A stretch of DNA of 64,000 nt, from the NCBI RefSeq assembly GCF_011386835.1, contig NC_088810.1:10354001-10418000 (forward strand), in the 5' to 3' direction. The translations under genes and the position numbers were made by a program. The stretch comes from Chrysemys picta bellii (lineage: Eukaryota). Below, piece after piece: positions 34,975 through 47,179 of the stretch (position 1 is the stretch's first letter; every line of letters begins with the position of its first letter). The notes under the pieces were generated by a model. That model was given only the letters and a program-made list of their open reading frames with translations. It was not told the origin of the DNA and did no database searches.

Positions 34975-37900
34975 TGTAGATCAATCTCTGATAATTTTCA
35001 TATGTCTTTACATTGTGCCTCTTCATATAACCTTATGGTGGGTCTACCTACGTGTGACCTCTGTTTTCATGGAACTTTGTATCAAAGCCTCATTTAGAAA
35101 CTTTGCATTGCCCTTGGTATAATATTATAGCCCCTAAGGATAGAATAAGATAGAAGAAAAATTTCTTTTTGCTAGCAGTAGAACAAGAGCTCTCCCCCCC
35201 CCCCCCCACTCTTAATCAATTGCCCTGTTGAATGAATGAGGTGTGAATGAGCAAGGCATGGAAGGCAACACCTCCAGACAGCCTCAACTGTTGGAGAGGG
35301 GCTGGGAGCCAGACCCAAGGACAATAAAACGTGTCAAGTGGGCTCATTAAAGACAAGCAGACATACTGACGGCCTCGGGGGTTAGAAGCAAGCACCTTCT
35401 TTTGGAAACACCCTCTTTGCAGCATTGGGACAACACTCAAAAGAAAGCAGCACAAAGGACCAATGGACACAGACACAGAGTTTAAATCTGGTATAGATTT
35501 GCATAAGACGAAAGCTGCTATAAAAGTGAGGTGTCTTGCAGAGAACCCCGGGTCTCGTCTTGTCAACATGGGAGCATCGATCCGGATCGGCAGAAGCCCG
35601 GCTCCACCCCCTCCCCCATCTAACTCACCTGCCCAGTGAAGTTAAGGGGAGCAACTAATTGGTAACAACAAGACGGAATGGGTTTGTGTGTGTGTGTGAG
35701 TGTAAGTGTAATATATTATATGCATATAATACAGTGTTAATGAATACATGTATTACTAATAAATGTGGCGTTCTGCCTTATTCCCCCTGAAAAGATCCTG
35801 TGCAGTACTTTAAGTACAACATTTTGGTGGAGAATGCGAAAGGGGGAGCAAGCATAGAACCCACAGTTATTATCAAACTGGTGTGCACACCGCCAGCTTT
35901 AGCAAGCCTGGCACTAGAGGAAAAAGAGCGTAAACTTTCAGTTAATTAACCAAACTCTGAAGGATATAGGAGTTTAGGTTTAAATTGTGTTCATGACTGA
36001 GCTAAAGAGGAGAATTTAGTGTTTCTCACTCTGATCCGGGGAAGGATCTAACCAAACTCTGAAGGATATAGGAGTTTAGGTTTAAATTGTGTTATAGAGG
36101 TACATACACCCTCAGCCGTAGCAAGACTGAGCTAAAGAGGAGAACTTAGTGTTTCTCACTCTGATCTGGGGAAGGATCTAATCCGGGGAAGGATTTGTAT
36201 AATTGGTGTATGAACCCTCGGTGGTAGCAGACCGAGTAATACAGAGGGAAGCTTAGCGTCTCTCCCTCTGGCCCAGAGTGGGTTAAAAACATAAGATACA
36301 AATCTTGCTCTGTTAAACCAAACTCTGAAGGATATAGGAGTTTGGGCAGTGTAGTGTGGTTTATGTTTGTTTTGTTTTTTGTAAGTAATATTGTGGTAAT
36401 TTCACAATTTTGAAGAAAATATTTAAGAAACAGAACCAGGAAGGGTGGGGGCTAGTTGGAAAGCCCACCCTCCTTGCTAAATTGGTAGTGGAACAAGGCT
36501 TGTGCCCATGGAAAGGAACTGTTTATTGGAAAAAGCAGGATTGGGCTCAGGCAAGCAATAGATAAAGAAACTGAAAAACAAGTTGGGTACAAAGAGTTAA
36601 AACAGCACTCTCAAATCTTACAGCAGCAGTAACATCAGGAGAAGAAACATTTAAGACCCCAGAAGGGGGCAGACCTTTGGGACCCCTCTGGAGATTGGGA
36701 AGGGGGATATTTGGGATATTTGGGTAAATTCCTCCTCCCAGGGCCAAAATGCCATTGAAACAGTTAACAACAGTGCCTGCTTCTGCCTCAGATCTCCAGG
36801 CCATGGCAAAATGGCTGAAGATTTTAAAACAGAATTTTTTTTTCTAGATGGAGTGTTAACGCCCTTTTACTGAAAGAAAGGGAGGATTTACACCCACAAA
36901 AAAATGCACCACTTAATTAGCATTTGTGCAGCCCCAAGTACCAAACACACTGTGGCAGAGACCAAGCAGGTTCTGCCAGGGTGAAAGCACTGTGCTAATT
37001 TGTTTCCAAGCTTCTATCTTTCAGGCTCTGAACCAGAACATCAGGAGAGCTGGTACCAGCTGAAGAGTTATAAAATACCATGGTTATAGTGTCATGACAA
37101 AGTCTGTGTTCAGTGTTCTGTGTTGCATGTTCTGTGTCTGTCTCTAGTGGTGTCCTGTGCTAGCATTGGGTCCAGAAAAAAGAGGAAATACTACACTAGA
37201 CAGGGCAAATGTCTTTTCCTCTCTCTACTTCCCCCATCTCCATCCAACTTATCAATCACCCCTTGTGTCTAAAACACTTTGGTCCCCAGTGCATCAGGTT
37301 TATTTGTTGTTAGGTTCTCTAATAATCATTTTGTTGTTGATTTTTGTTATTAATACATTTGTATTGTTAGTTACATTTGCTTGTATTATTATTAATTCCA
37401 CACTTTCCTCTATGCACTCTGATTCTATTTCCCCAAGCCCTGAAGGGTAGTTCTTGGGCCCCCGTAACCTGTAAGACCTTGGCCCATAATTGTATGGCCC
37501 CATCTTTCAGGTCCCCAGAAACCTCTGAGAACAACTGTTAAAAATAGGAAATTCTACAACATTTTAGCAACTGAATGTTAGTTAAAGTCCAAATCAGCTT
37601 AACCTTGCATAACAACTGTGGTACTCCTACAAAATCTTATTTGTTGTGTGTGCTTAAAAAGGTCCTGACCTCAGTGACTTTGGGCCTCATTTTGTTTGTC
37701 AATGTACCCAATTATTGTAATAATAATGGTTTTGTTGTATTTCCAATTATTATAATTATAATTGTTTGCATTTGTGTTTATGTTATATCTGGTGTTTAGT
37801 CAATTGTAATGGTTTTAGTTATATTCACCTGGTTATAATTGTTTGGTTTGTTTGCAACAAATACAAAAGATTTATATGGTGACCACTCAAGAATTGTTCT

Positions 37901-38765
37901 TGAGAGGTCAAAAGGGGGACAATGTAGATCAATCTCTGATAATTTTCATATGTCTTTACATTGTGCCTCTTCATATAACCTTATGGTGGGTCTACCTACG
38001 TGTGACCTCTGTTTTCATGGAACTTTGTATCAAAGCCTCATTTAGAAACTTTGCATTGCCCTTGGTATAATATTATAGCCCCTAAGGATAGAATAAGATA
38101 GAAGAAAAATTTCTTTTTGCTAGCAGTAGAACAAGAGCTCTCCCCCCGCCCACTCTTAATCAATTGCCCTGTTGAATGAATGAGGTGTGAATGAGCCAGG
38201 CATGGAAGGCAACACCTCCAGACAGCCTCAACTGTTGGAGAGGGGCTGGGAGCCAGACCCAAGGACAATAAAACGTGTCAAGTGGGCTCATTAAAGACAA
38301 GCAGACATACTGACGGCCTCGGGGGTTAGAAGCAAGCACCTTCTTTTGGAAACACCCTCTTTGCAGCATTGGGACAACACTCAAAAGAAAGCAGCACAAA
38401 GGACCAATGGACACAGACACAGAGTTTAAATTTGGTATAGATTTGCATAAGAGGAAAGCTGCTATAAAAGTGAGGTGTCTTGCAGAGAACCCCGGGTCTC
38501 GTCTTGTCAACATGGGAGCATCGATCCGGATCGGCAGAAGCCCGGCTCCACCCCCTCCCCCATCTAACTCACCTGGCCAGTGAAGTTAAGGGGAGCAACT
38601 AATTGGTAACAACAAGACGGAGTGTGTTTGTGTGTGTGTGTGAGTGTAAGTGTAATATATTATATGCATATAATACAGTGTTAATGAATACATGTATTAC
38701 TAATAAATGTGGCGTTCTGCCTTATTCCCCCTGAAAAGATCCTGTGCAGTACTTTAAGTACAACA
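34975..38765 (+). mobile_element. Non-autonomous LTR retroelement/ERV with two near-identical LTRs (34975-35821, 37923-38765)
   Basis: TG...CA LTRs of 847 and 843 bp; 4-bp TSD CCTC; PBS at 35825-35838; PPT aaaagggggac before the 3' LTR; TATAAAA and AATAAA in each LTR; inserted inside a MITE (~34792-38890). Confidence 0.93.
35825..35838 (+). other. Primer-binding site complementary to the tRNA-Ala 3' end
   Basis: TGGTGGAGAATGCG is the reverse complement of CGCATTCTCCACCA, the recalled 3' end of vertebrate tRNA-Ala(AGC). Confidence 0.75.
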
Positions 38766-39817
38766 CCTCCCGCAGGCGTGCCGCCGAAGGCTGCCTGACT
38801 CCCGCCCTCACGATGACCGGCAGGCCGTCCCCCCGCAGCTTGCTGCCCCAGGCATGCGCTTGGTGCGCTGGTGCCTGGAGCCGCCCCTCGGTTTGCTTTA
38901 GGTGCAAAGGGAAATCTGTTCAGGAACAGGGGCGGGGACATTGTCCTCTCCACATCGAGCGATGGGTGGGCTGGGAAATACACATATACGGGTCAGGCTT
39001 TGACCAGGGCAGGATGGTAGAGCTTTGGGGTCCTATGCTGGGGAGCGGGGGAGGAGCTAAGTGGAGTCTCTCTATTGTTAGTTCCTGAGTGGCTGAGGAG
39101 AAGCATTCACAGAACTGCAGCTGGGTGTGTCCCTGCCTGTGTACAGGAACAGTCTGCATCTTGTCACAGCAGCACAGTGTGAGAGGGGGCCCAGGCTGGT
39201 TAGTCACAGGGCTCTGTGGTACCCCAGTTCCAAGTTGCACCCCGGGTGGAGGGGAACCCGTCACAATGGTGTAGCCCAATGTGCTAGCTTGTCTTTATTA
39301 TATTCACTGCATTGCATTATATTCAGCAGTAATGCAAGGAACCTACAGGCCTGTATCCTGTAAAACATTCGCTTCAGCAAGTTAGCATAAGCCTTGAGGC
39401 CTATGAACTTCGCACAGATAAACAGCCCAACGGAAAACAACAAGTATTGGGGAGCTGAAAATAGAGTGTTTACGGGGAAGTTCTGACCACAGTTTCATAA
39501 TCCAACTGCAGAAGTGTCATGGCAATGAACTGACATACATAACGGGTACATGAGCTACAGCCACTAAAGGGCCATGGTAACAAACTGACCTATGTGATAA
39601 TAAGTTAAGATCATTGATACACTAATCTATGGAAAAAGACACTCCAACACTGGTAAGGGGAGGAAATACAAAGAAGGGAGAGGGAAGAAACCCCTACTGA
39701 ATATGCATTAGACATGGTAACCTCAGCATAAGGTATTGTAATAGTGGCATTCCAGCCTAGGGACGGGAGAAGGAGGAGATGTCGTCCTTGGGAGGTGCCA
39801 GAAGGACGGCCACTGGG

Positions 39818-39915
39818 GATGATGGGGAAGGTGTTGGTGATGAGGATGATGATGGGGAAGGTGTTGGTGATGAGGAAGATGATGGGGAAGGTGCTGGTGA
39901 TGAGGAAGATGATGG
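39818..39915. repeat. 30-bp minisatellite (~3.3 copies)
   Basis: gatgatggggaaggtg(t/c)tggtgatgagga(t/a) units. Confidence 0.85.
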
Positions 39916-40217
39916 CTAACACTTCAGGTTGTTCTGCAGGAGATGGGGTGAGCAGATGGATGTGCATATGGACATTCTGTACTATCTGTATCTACCTTGC
40001 TGAGTTGGGGTGTTTGTGACTGTGCTAAATGTATGAATAAACTAGAGCTGTAAATATAAAAGAGTTCCGCTAGTGGGAGTGTAGCACCTGTGCACATCGG
40101 GGTTCTCAACTACCTAATAAATTAAATAAAATTGGGCCTGATCTTGGGCCCAGAACCTGTCAACCCTCAAAGTATTAACTGGAGATTCTTAAGTGATCAA
40201 TGTAATTAATACATCAT

Positions 40218-40960
40218 CTAAACATCAGGCAACAACGGGGAGGATCGGGGGGAGCATGTGGCCATGGGTACCCATCTTGCTCTGTCAATCTGTTTCCTCA
40301 CTTCCCCAGGTGGGTATTGTAGTTTTACGAATGCTTGATAAAGATCTTGTAGGTGTTTGTCTCTGTCTGAGGGGTAGGAGCAAATTCGGTTGTATCTTAG
40401 GGCTTGGCTGTAGACAATGGATCGTATGATGTGTCTTGGATGGAAGCTGGAAGCATGTAGGTACGTATAGCGGTCAGTAGGTTTCCGGTATAGGGTGGTG
40501 TTTATGTGACCATCACTTATTTGCACTGTAGTGTCCAGGAAGTGGATCTCTTGTGTGGACTGGTCCAGGCTGAGGTTGATGGTGGGGTGGAAATTGTTGA
40601 AGTCCAGGAGGAATTCTTCAAGGGCCTCCTTTCCGTGGGTCCATATGATGAAGATGTCATCAATGTAGCGCAAGTAGAGGAGGGGCACTAGGGGACGAGA
40701 GCTGAGGAAGCGTTGTTCTAAGTCAGCCATAAAAATGTTGGCATATTGTGGGGCCATGCGGGTACCCATAGCAGTGCCACTGACTTGAAGGTATAAGTTG
40801 TCCCCAAATCTGAAGTGGTTGTGGGTGAGGACAAAGTCACAAAGCTCAGCCACCAGGCTTGCTGTGGCCTCATCAGGGATACTGTTCCTGACAGCTTGTA
40901 GTCCATCCTCATGTGGAATATTGGTGTAAAGTGCTTCTACATCCATGGTGGCCAGGCAGG
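40218..40960 (-). mobile_element. Penelope-like retrotransposon RT fragment
   Basis: MDVEALYTNIPH, GTAMGTRMAPQYANIFM, YLRYIDDIF, LYRKPTD motifs; open frame; truncated at both ends. Confidence 0.92.
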
Positions 40961-41764
40961 TACCGCATTCACAGAGCCAAATGTGCCGTCGCGGCGCATT
41001 CTGCATGAGGGAGAGAGTACGGGGGTCTCTGCGGGGAACTGTGACTCTCCACCACCGTGAGGCAGGCTGGGAGTCTGGGTATCCTTTGCTGCCTCATCCC
41101 TCCCCACCAGGCTGCGAGCCCGGGCTGTGGTCGGGCATAGGGGCACCAGTTTAATAATACTGTGTAGGGCCCCAGAAATCCTAAGGATGGCCCTGGCACT
41201 GCCCATGAACATAAGTCGATAACATCCCTACTTGTGCTACAGACTCTTTGATAATGGCCAGCCTCATGTTTAGAGATCCAGGAGATCTGGGTTTGAATCC
41301 ACCAGGACTCCTCTTGTGACCTGGGACAAATCATTAGATTTTCAAGGAGAATCAACCCACCATGAGCGCCCAGCGCACTGGCTAAGAGGGGTACACAATT
41401 CATGTGGGTAGGAGTTACATTGTGGGGGGCTGTACCCTGGAAAGCAGCAATTTGCGAAGGACCCAGAGATCCTGGTGGAACCCACTGCGTTGGAGCTCCC
41501 AGGGTGAGAGGGCGAGTACGGCCCTGGGAGGGAGAAGCAGGAGATTAGAGAGTAGGAGCTGGGAGGTAGGGTCCCCTCTGGATACAGCATGTGGGGGACC
41601 GTGACTGGAGACTGCGCCCAGCTCTGGGCGGGACCCACACATCAAACAGGACAGTGGACAATTGGGGAGGGTTCTGAGAAGAGCTACAGAAATGATTTAC
41701 CCCCAGGTGAGGGAGAGGGGAATCGGCCCCCGTGGCATAGGGACTGGGAGTGGCTGGCTTATTA

Positions 41765-42063
41765 CAGAAGCGGCTTTTCCTCTCCTGGAATTGACACCTC
41801 CTCATCTATTATTGGGAGTGGACTACATCCACCCTGATTAAACTGGTCCTGTCAACACTGGTTCTCCACTTGTGAAGTAACTCCCTGCTCTCCATGTGCC
41901 AGTATATAATGCCTGCATCTGGAACTTTCACTCTATGCACCCGAAGAAGTGAGGTTTTTACCCACGAAAGCTTATGCCCAAATAAATCTGTTAGTCTTTA
42001 AGGTGCCACCAGACTCCTTGTTGTTTTTGTAGATACAGACTAACACGGCTACCCCCTGATACT
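41765..42063 (+). mobile_element. Penelope 3' end fragment
   Basis: cacgaaagcttatgcccaaataaatctgttagtctttaaggtgccaccagactcc...cacggctacccccctgatact; absent from the left arm near 9575. Confidence 0.8.
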
Positions 42064-45000
42064 ATTTACCCTAGGTGACTTCAGCCAGCGTACGGAGCAC
42101 CTGGGGACAGGCTGGGGAATCCCAAGACTTCAAGCTGTGGGTCTAGCGCAGGGGAATGGCAGGGAACATGGGTGAGGGGCTGGGCCATGGCCCAGAGCCA
42201 ACAAGCCAGAGGTGGACACATGGGCTTGGGTCCTGATCCTGGGCCTCAGATCTCCTCCCCTCTCCTCCCCCCAACCATCAGGTGCCCGGTACCTCCACAT
42301 TGCCACCCAATAGGGCGAGTGGATCGGGCAGGGACTGGAAGATGGGCCCGCAAACAAGTAATGACCCTGGCAGAACTGCCCAAAACCCTCCGGCTGCAGT
42401 GAGTCCTGGAACACAGTCCCCTACTCTAACCACTAGACCCCACTCCCCTCCCCTCCCAGAGCCAGGAGAGAACCCAGGTGTCCTGGCTCCCAGACCCCCT
42501 GCTCTAACCATTAGACACCACTTCACCCAGCAAGCTGGGGCACATACCCCAGTCACATGAGGGGAATCTCTTGGGGGGTTGGCGGCTTATCTGATGCACA
42601 TAGGAAACCCTTGGACAGAGAGGTGCTGTGTGTGTGTGTGTGTGTGTTCCCTCACACCCAAGATACATGGGGGCGGGGGAGTTACTCAGTCCCATGGCTG
42701 TGTCCATGCCAGCTGGCAGTCGTGGGAGCTCTGCTCACATGCGTTTCCTGTGAGTCTCAGGTTGCACCTGCATGGAGTAGTGCAGTGGGAAGTGTCTGCA
42801 CTATTTTGTATGAAGACCGTCTGTGCCTCAGTTTCCCCTATGTGCCACGCTGGCCCCTAGGGGCTGGAAAAGGGCTGTTTTCTCTCAGGCAAGCTACCAC
42901 CCAGGGGCGGCTGATCCTGGCTGTCTCAATTTGGGGCCCGTGTTGCTGGCGAGTCCATGAAGACAATGGCAAAGCCACCCTCCTGGGACATTGCTGACCT
43001 AGCAACAAACGCTCACGGTGATTCCCCCCCGCTTGCAGGAAGCCAGCTGGAAGAGCGGGAGCCAAGGGCAGACGCGCTTGGCTGGGACTCGGAGCTGCCC
43101 ATGGCCCAGGCTGTAGCTTCCGGCTCTCTGGGCTGACCGAGGACTGGCCATGCTGGGTGCAGCCATCTAACAAACCCGCCTGCCCTTCCCCCACCGGCTG
43201 GGAGCCCCGCAGATGCTGGGGGGGGGGGGGCAGTGCCCCCTTCGGGGGTACACATCTCCCTCAGGTGTCTGTCTTAGGCAGAGTCGCTGGAGGGAGGGGG
43301 CTGGAGGCGCTGAAGTTGGGTCCCAGGAGGCGGTGAAGCCAAGTGGCTTCTCCTGGTGACAGAGCGAGACCCTAAGGGGGGGGGGGGGCTGGCCAGCTGT
43401 AGGGCCCCCCAGGGACTGTCCCAGAGCACCGGACCTGTGGTTCCCTGACCCCAGCATCTGTTGCCTGGTGCTGGTTCCGCTGCAATGCCCAGTCACCCAG
43501 TTTTGTGAGATCCTTTTGTAGCTAGCTAGAGGGAGTATATGGGAATAGATAGATATTTAAATGATGGCTTCAACCATTTGGCAACGGGGACATTTTGGGT
43601 TCAAATGGTGGGTGTTCCATTAAAAATATTAGTTTCCAAAAACTTGAATAAATGGCGGGTGGGCCAGGATCTTCTTAATCCTTCCCTCCCGCCATTGGCC
43701 AAACACAAAAATGGTGGTGGGGGGGGGTGACCCAACAAGCGGAAGGAGAGTGGGAGGGAGAGGGGGGCAGAGCGGAAGATTGGGGGAGCGGGATGGGGAC
43801 AGCACGGGAGATTTGGGGAGTGGGATGGGAGATTTGGGGAGGAAACTCTGGCAGAAGTGGGGGCAGAAGGCAGGAGCCTGGAGCGAGGGAAGTGGGCATC
43901 CGAACCAGGAGCTGCTTGAAGCAGATGCCATGTAAACACCTGGCCTGGGACTGAAACCACAGAACAGGCCCACCAGGGCGAGCTGCCAGTGCATGGCAGG
44001 GTGGGGGGCTGCATTGGTGGGGGAGAGTCTTTGTGGGTCAAGCCAAGGGACGGGGGCTGCATGCTGCGGGGGGAGGGGGTCTGTGTAACCCCCACTGGAG
44101 CGCCTGAGCCGGTCTTGGCCTGTGTTAGGCCCATGCAGTGCTACTGTTATGGGGCGGGTGAGCCAGGGGTTCACACTCCCTCCCAAGGAGGGAGAGTTGG
44201 GTTTGTGCAGAGGTGGGGGGCCGGGATCTGGGACCCCCCCCCACGCCCCAGGACCCCCCAGCTGACACAGGGAGTTGGGGTCCTTGGAGAGCATGTTTTG
44301 GGGGTCAGTTCAACGGGGCTGTTGGCAGGTCACATTTTTGCTTGGCAGGTAGGGGACCAGGGCGGGAGTGTGAACAACGGGACACTTGTTTTGGGGGACA
44401 GATGGTGGGGAGGTTTAGTTGCCTGTCTAACACCAAGCCCCTAATATCTGGACGTCTGGGCTCCCTGTTTGCACGTGAACAGAGGCAGTTTGCAAAACCT
44501 GGGAGAAAACAGGAACCAAAGCTGGGGCGAATGGGTCCTTTACGAAGTAAAAAGGAAAAATCAGGTGACAGTTTTCAAACTTTTTTCGTTTGTTTAAAAA
44601 AAAAAGGGAAATTTTAAAAAACCGCAAATCACCAACTTTAAACCCAACCCTGCCCCCTCAACCTGTTTTTCTTTTACCAAAAAAGGGTTTGGAAAATTAA
44701 CCTTTTTGTTCTTTTGTTTTTTCAACGCCCCTCCTCCCCCACCCCCCCAAAAAAAAAACCCAGCAGGAAAAGCAGTAACCATTTGTGGCTAAGGTTTTTG
44801 TTTTTCAGTTAAAACCCAGTAGGTTTCAGTGTTTTAAATGTGGCAGGAGAATAGTCGTTGCTTTTCTTCCCCATTTTAACCAAAAACGTGAATGTTTTGT
44901 TTTATCTGAACCCAAAAATCATTTTTGAAAATGGCATTTTTTGAATTACTCCTGATTTACACCAGGGTGAGTGAGGGGGAATCGGCCCCATTGACTCCAG

Positions 45001-45305
45001 TGGAGTTATTCCTGATTTATACCAGAGAGGGGAATCGCTCCCCACCCCGAGTCACTCCTGATTTTCCCCAGGGGCCGGGCGGGGAGTCTGGTTCTAAGGC
45101 CGTTGGGCCAGCACGCCAGCCGGGACAAACCAGTAAGACTCAGGCCTGGGGTTTTGCTCCGTTCCCTTTATTAGCTGCGGTTCCCGGCTGCCAGCCCCAC
45201 ACGCTGGGCTCTGCCGGGCTCGTTAACCAGCGCAGAGCCCGGGGCAAAGCCTGCCCGTGCGTGAGCTGTGGTGAGGGGGCGCTGTCACGGCTCTGCCTGC
45301 GCAGG

Positions 45306-46139
45306 TCAATGGGCAACCCCGGCAGGATTCTGGCCCGGCCCCTCTCCCGTTCCCGGCTGCTGCTCCGTGATCAGGGCCATGTAGACCTCAGCCGCGGCAG
45401 CCGCCAACTGGAAAGACTTGCAGGCCGGTGCCAGTGCCCGAAGTGCCTCCTCCAGGTGCCCAGCGGCCGCTGCCAGGGCGTTCCTAGCACAACACCCCGT
45501 GAGGACATCGAGCAGGTATTTGCCCAGACTCTGCACCATGCTGGTCCCAGAGAAAGGGCTATTCTCGGGGTGCCCTGCAGCCGTTTCCAAAGTTGGGCCC
45601 CCGCAGGTGTCATGAGCAGACACAGCCTTGGCAATATCCTCGCTGCTCCGGCGCAGGGTGTCCATTGGCAGGCGCAGCACCGGGGAGTCCTCCAACCCCC
45701 GCAGAGCCGCCTCCAGCCGCTCCGGGAGGCCGGCGTTCTGCAGCAGCACGGCTGCCATGGGGCCACCCACACTGCCGAAGATCCCCATGGTGGCCTGGTG
45801 GAAGTCCCGGACGATGGCCCCCTTCTCCTGCAGTGAGGTGTGGGGCGAGGCCATGCGGGCGTACAGGTCCCGGCTGGTGTTCTTCCGCACGTGTCTGTCT
45901 GTCTGCTCTGCTGCGGCGTGCATCTCCCACACCGCCTGCAGCAGGCACTCCAAGTTCTCCCCCACGCCGACGCTGCCCCCCACTGGTTCCAGGGACACGC
46001 TGGTGTCAAGGTGCTGGTTGAGCATGCGTAGCAGAGCGTGGGTGGCCGAGATGCATCCTTCCAGGGAGTCGTGCAGGGACTGGCTGGCGCGCACGAGCCT
46101 CTCTCTTTCACTCTCTGTGCCAGAGAACAGGGAGAGCAT
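45306..46139 (-). CDS. Divergent SMCO3-family protein B' (277 aa), paralog of 6362-7195
   Basis: Intact ORF of the same length as B; ~30 aa differences (~89% identity); acceptor AG at 46147-46148; AATAAA at 45167-45172 (-). Confidence 0.78.
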   Translation of the reverse strand: MLSLFSGTESERERLVRASQSLHDSLEGCISATHALLRMLNQHLDTSVSLEPVGGSVGVGENLECLLQAVWEMHAAAEQTDRHVRKNTSRDLYARMASPHTSLQEKGAIVRDFHQATMGIFGSVGGPMAAVLLQNAGLPERLEAALRGLEDSPVLRLPMDTLRRSSEDIAKAVSAHDTCGGPTLETAAGHPENSPFSGTSMVQSLGKYLLDVLTGCCARNALAAAAGHLEEALRALAPACKSFQLAAAAAEVYMALITEQQPGTGEGPGQNPAGVAH

Positions 46140-47179
46140 CACGCGGCTGAGGAAAAAAGCGGAGAGCGCAGGTGAGGGGGCAAAAGCGGTTCCCCACCTG
46201 GATCCCCAGTGCAAGGACAAGGGGGGTGCAAGGGAACTGACAGGCAGCCCATTTGAAATTGAGTAGAGGGAATGTTGCTTCATATAATCCCAGAATTTGT
46301 CTGTGGAACTCACTGCCACATGATCTTGCTGAAGCAAGAGCCGAGCAAGACCCAGAAAAGGGATGTGACATTTATATGGCTAATGAGGAGAGCCAGAATG
46401 ACATTAGAGAAGAATTGTTTTTTAAGTTTGAAAAGATTAAACACTCTCATGCTCCAGGGCATGAACCCACCTCTAACTAACTGCTGTAAGAAAGGAACTG
46501 TCCCTATGGTCAGAATCTCCCTAACCTGCTACTGCGGAGTTCATTTGGTACCGTCACTATCAGAGACAGGACACAGCACAAAGGGCCTCTGGGCTGAGCC
46601 TGTCTGGCCAGTCTGATGGTCCTACTTATACATAAAAAAATGTTTTCCCGCTGCTCTTCCTGATTTCAATGCACTGAAAGCGCCCAGACAAAGCCAGAAA
46701 GGTCCCAGGCTTCATAAGAAAGCTGGCAGCTTTTGTGTCTCCAGCTCAGGCATCTTTTGAACAAGTTTCTGTGCACAGAGGAAAGAATAAAGCACCACAA
46801 ACTTGCCACAGCGAGTTCTTTCCTGCCGCTCGAAAGCGCTGGGGGGCGATTCCCAAAGCACCCACCAGCATTGTCTTCACTACTGAAAGAAGGGCCCCGA
46901 CTTTCAGAGGTATTTCAGCTCCTAACTCCCTTTGGAATTGACAGAAATCAGGAGCCGAAATCCCCTGAAGCTGACAGGGCGAGTTCGGTGCGGGGGAGCC
47001 AAGGGGTCTCTTGTATTTTCATTGTGACAGTTCTGGCTTCCGTCCCCAGCACCCGGAGTCTCAGGAGGACGGGGAATTCCTGGCTACCTGGGCTTGTGGC
47101 CCTGCCAACATAGAGAAATGCCGGGCACGGCAGCTCCTGGAGGCCCAGATGCTAGGAAGCTACTAGGCTCAGCCCCGCA

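Noticed and set aside
35216-35569. 117-aa ORF duplicated at 38160-38513
   Set aside because: It lies within near-identical LTRs, so its conservation is explained by the recent insertion
35940-36340. Spaced direct repeats as a CRISPR-like array
   Set aside because: Eukaryotic context, irregular spacing with duplicated spacers, inside a retroelement leader
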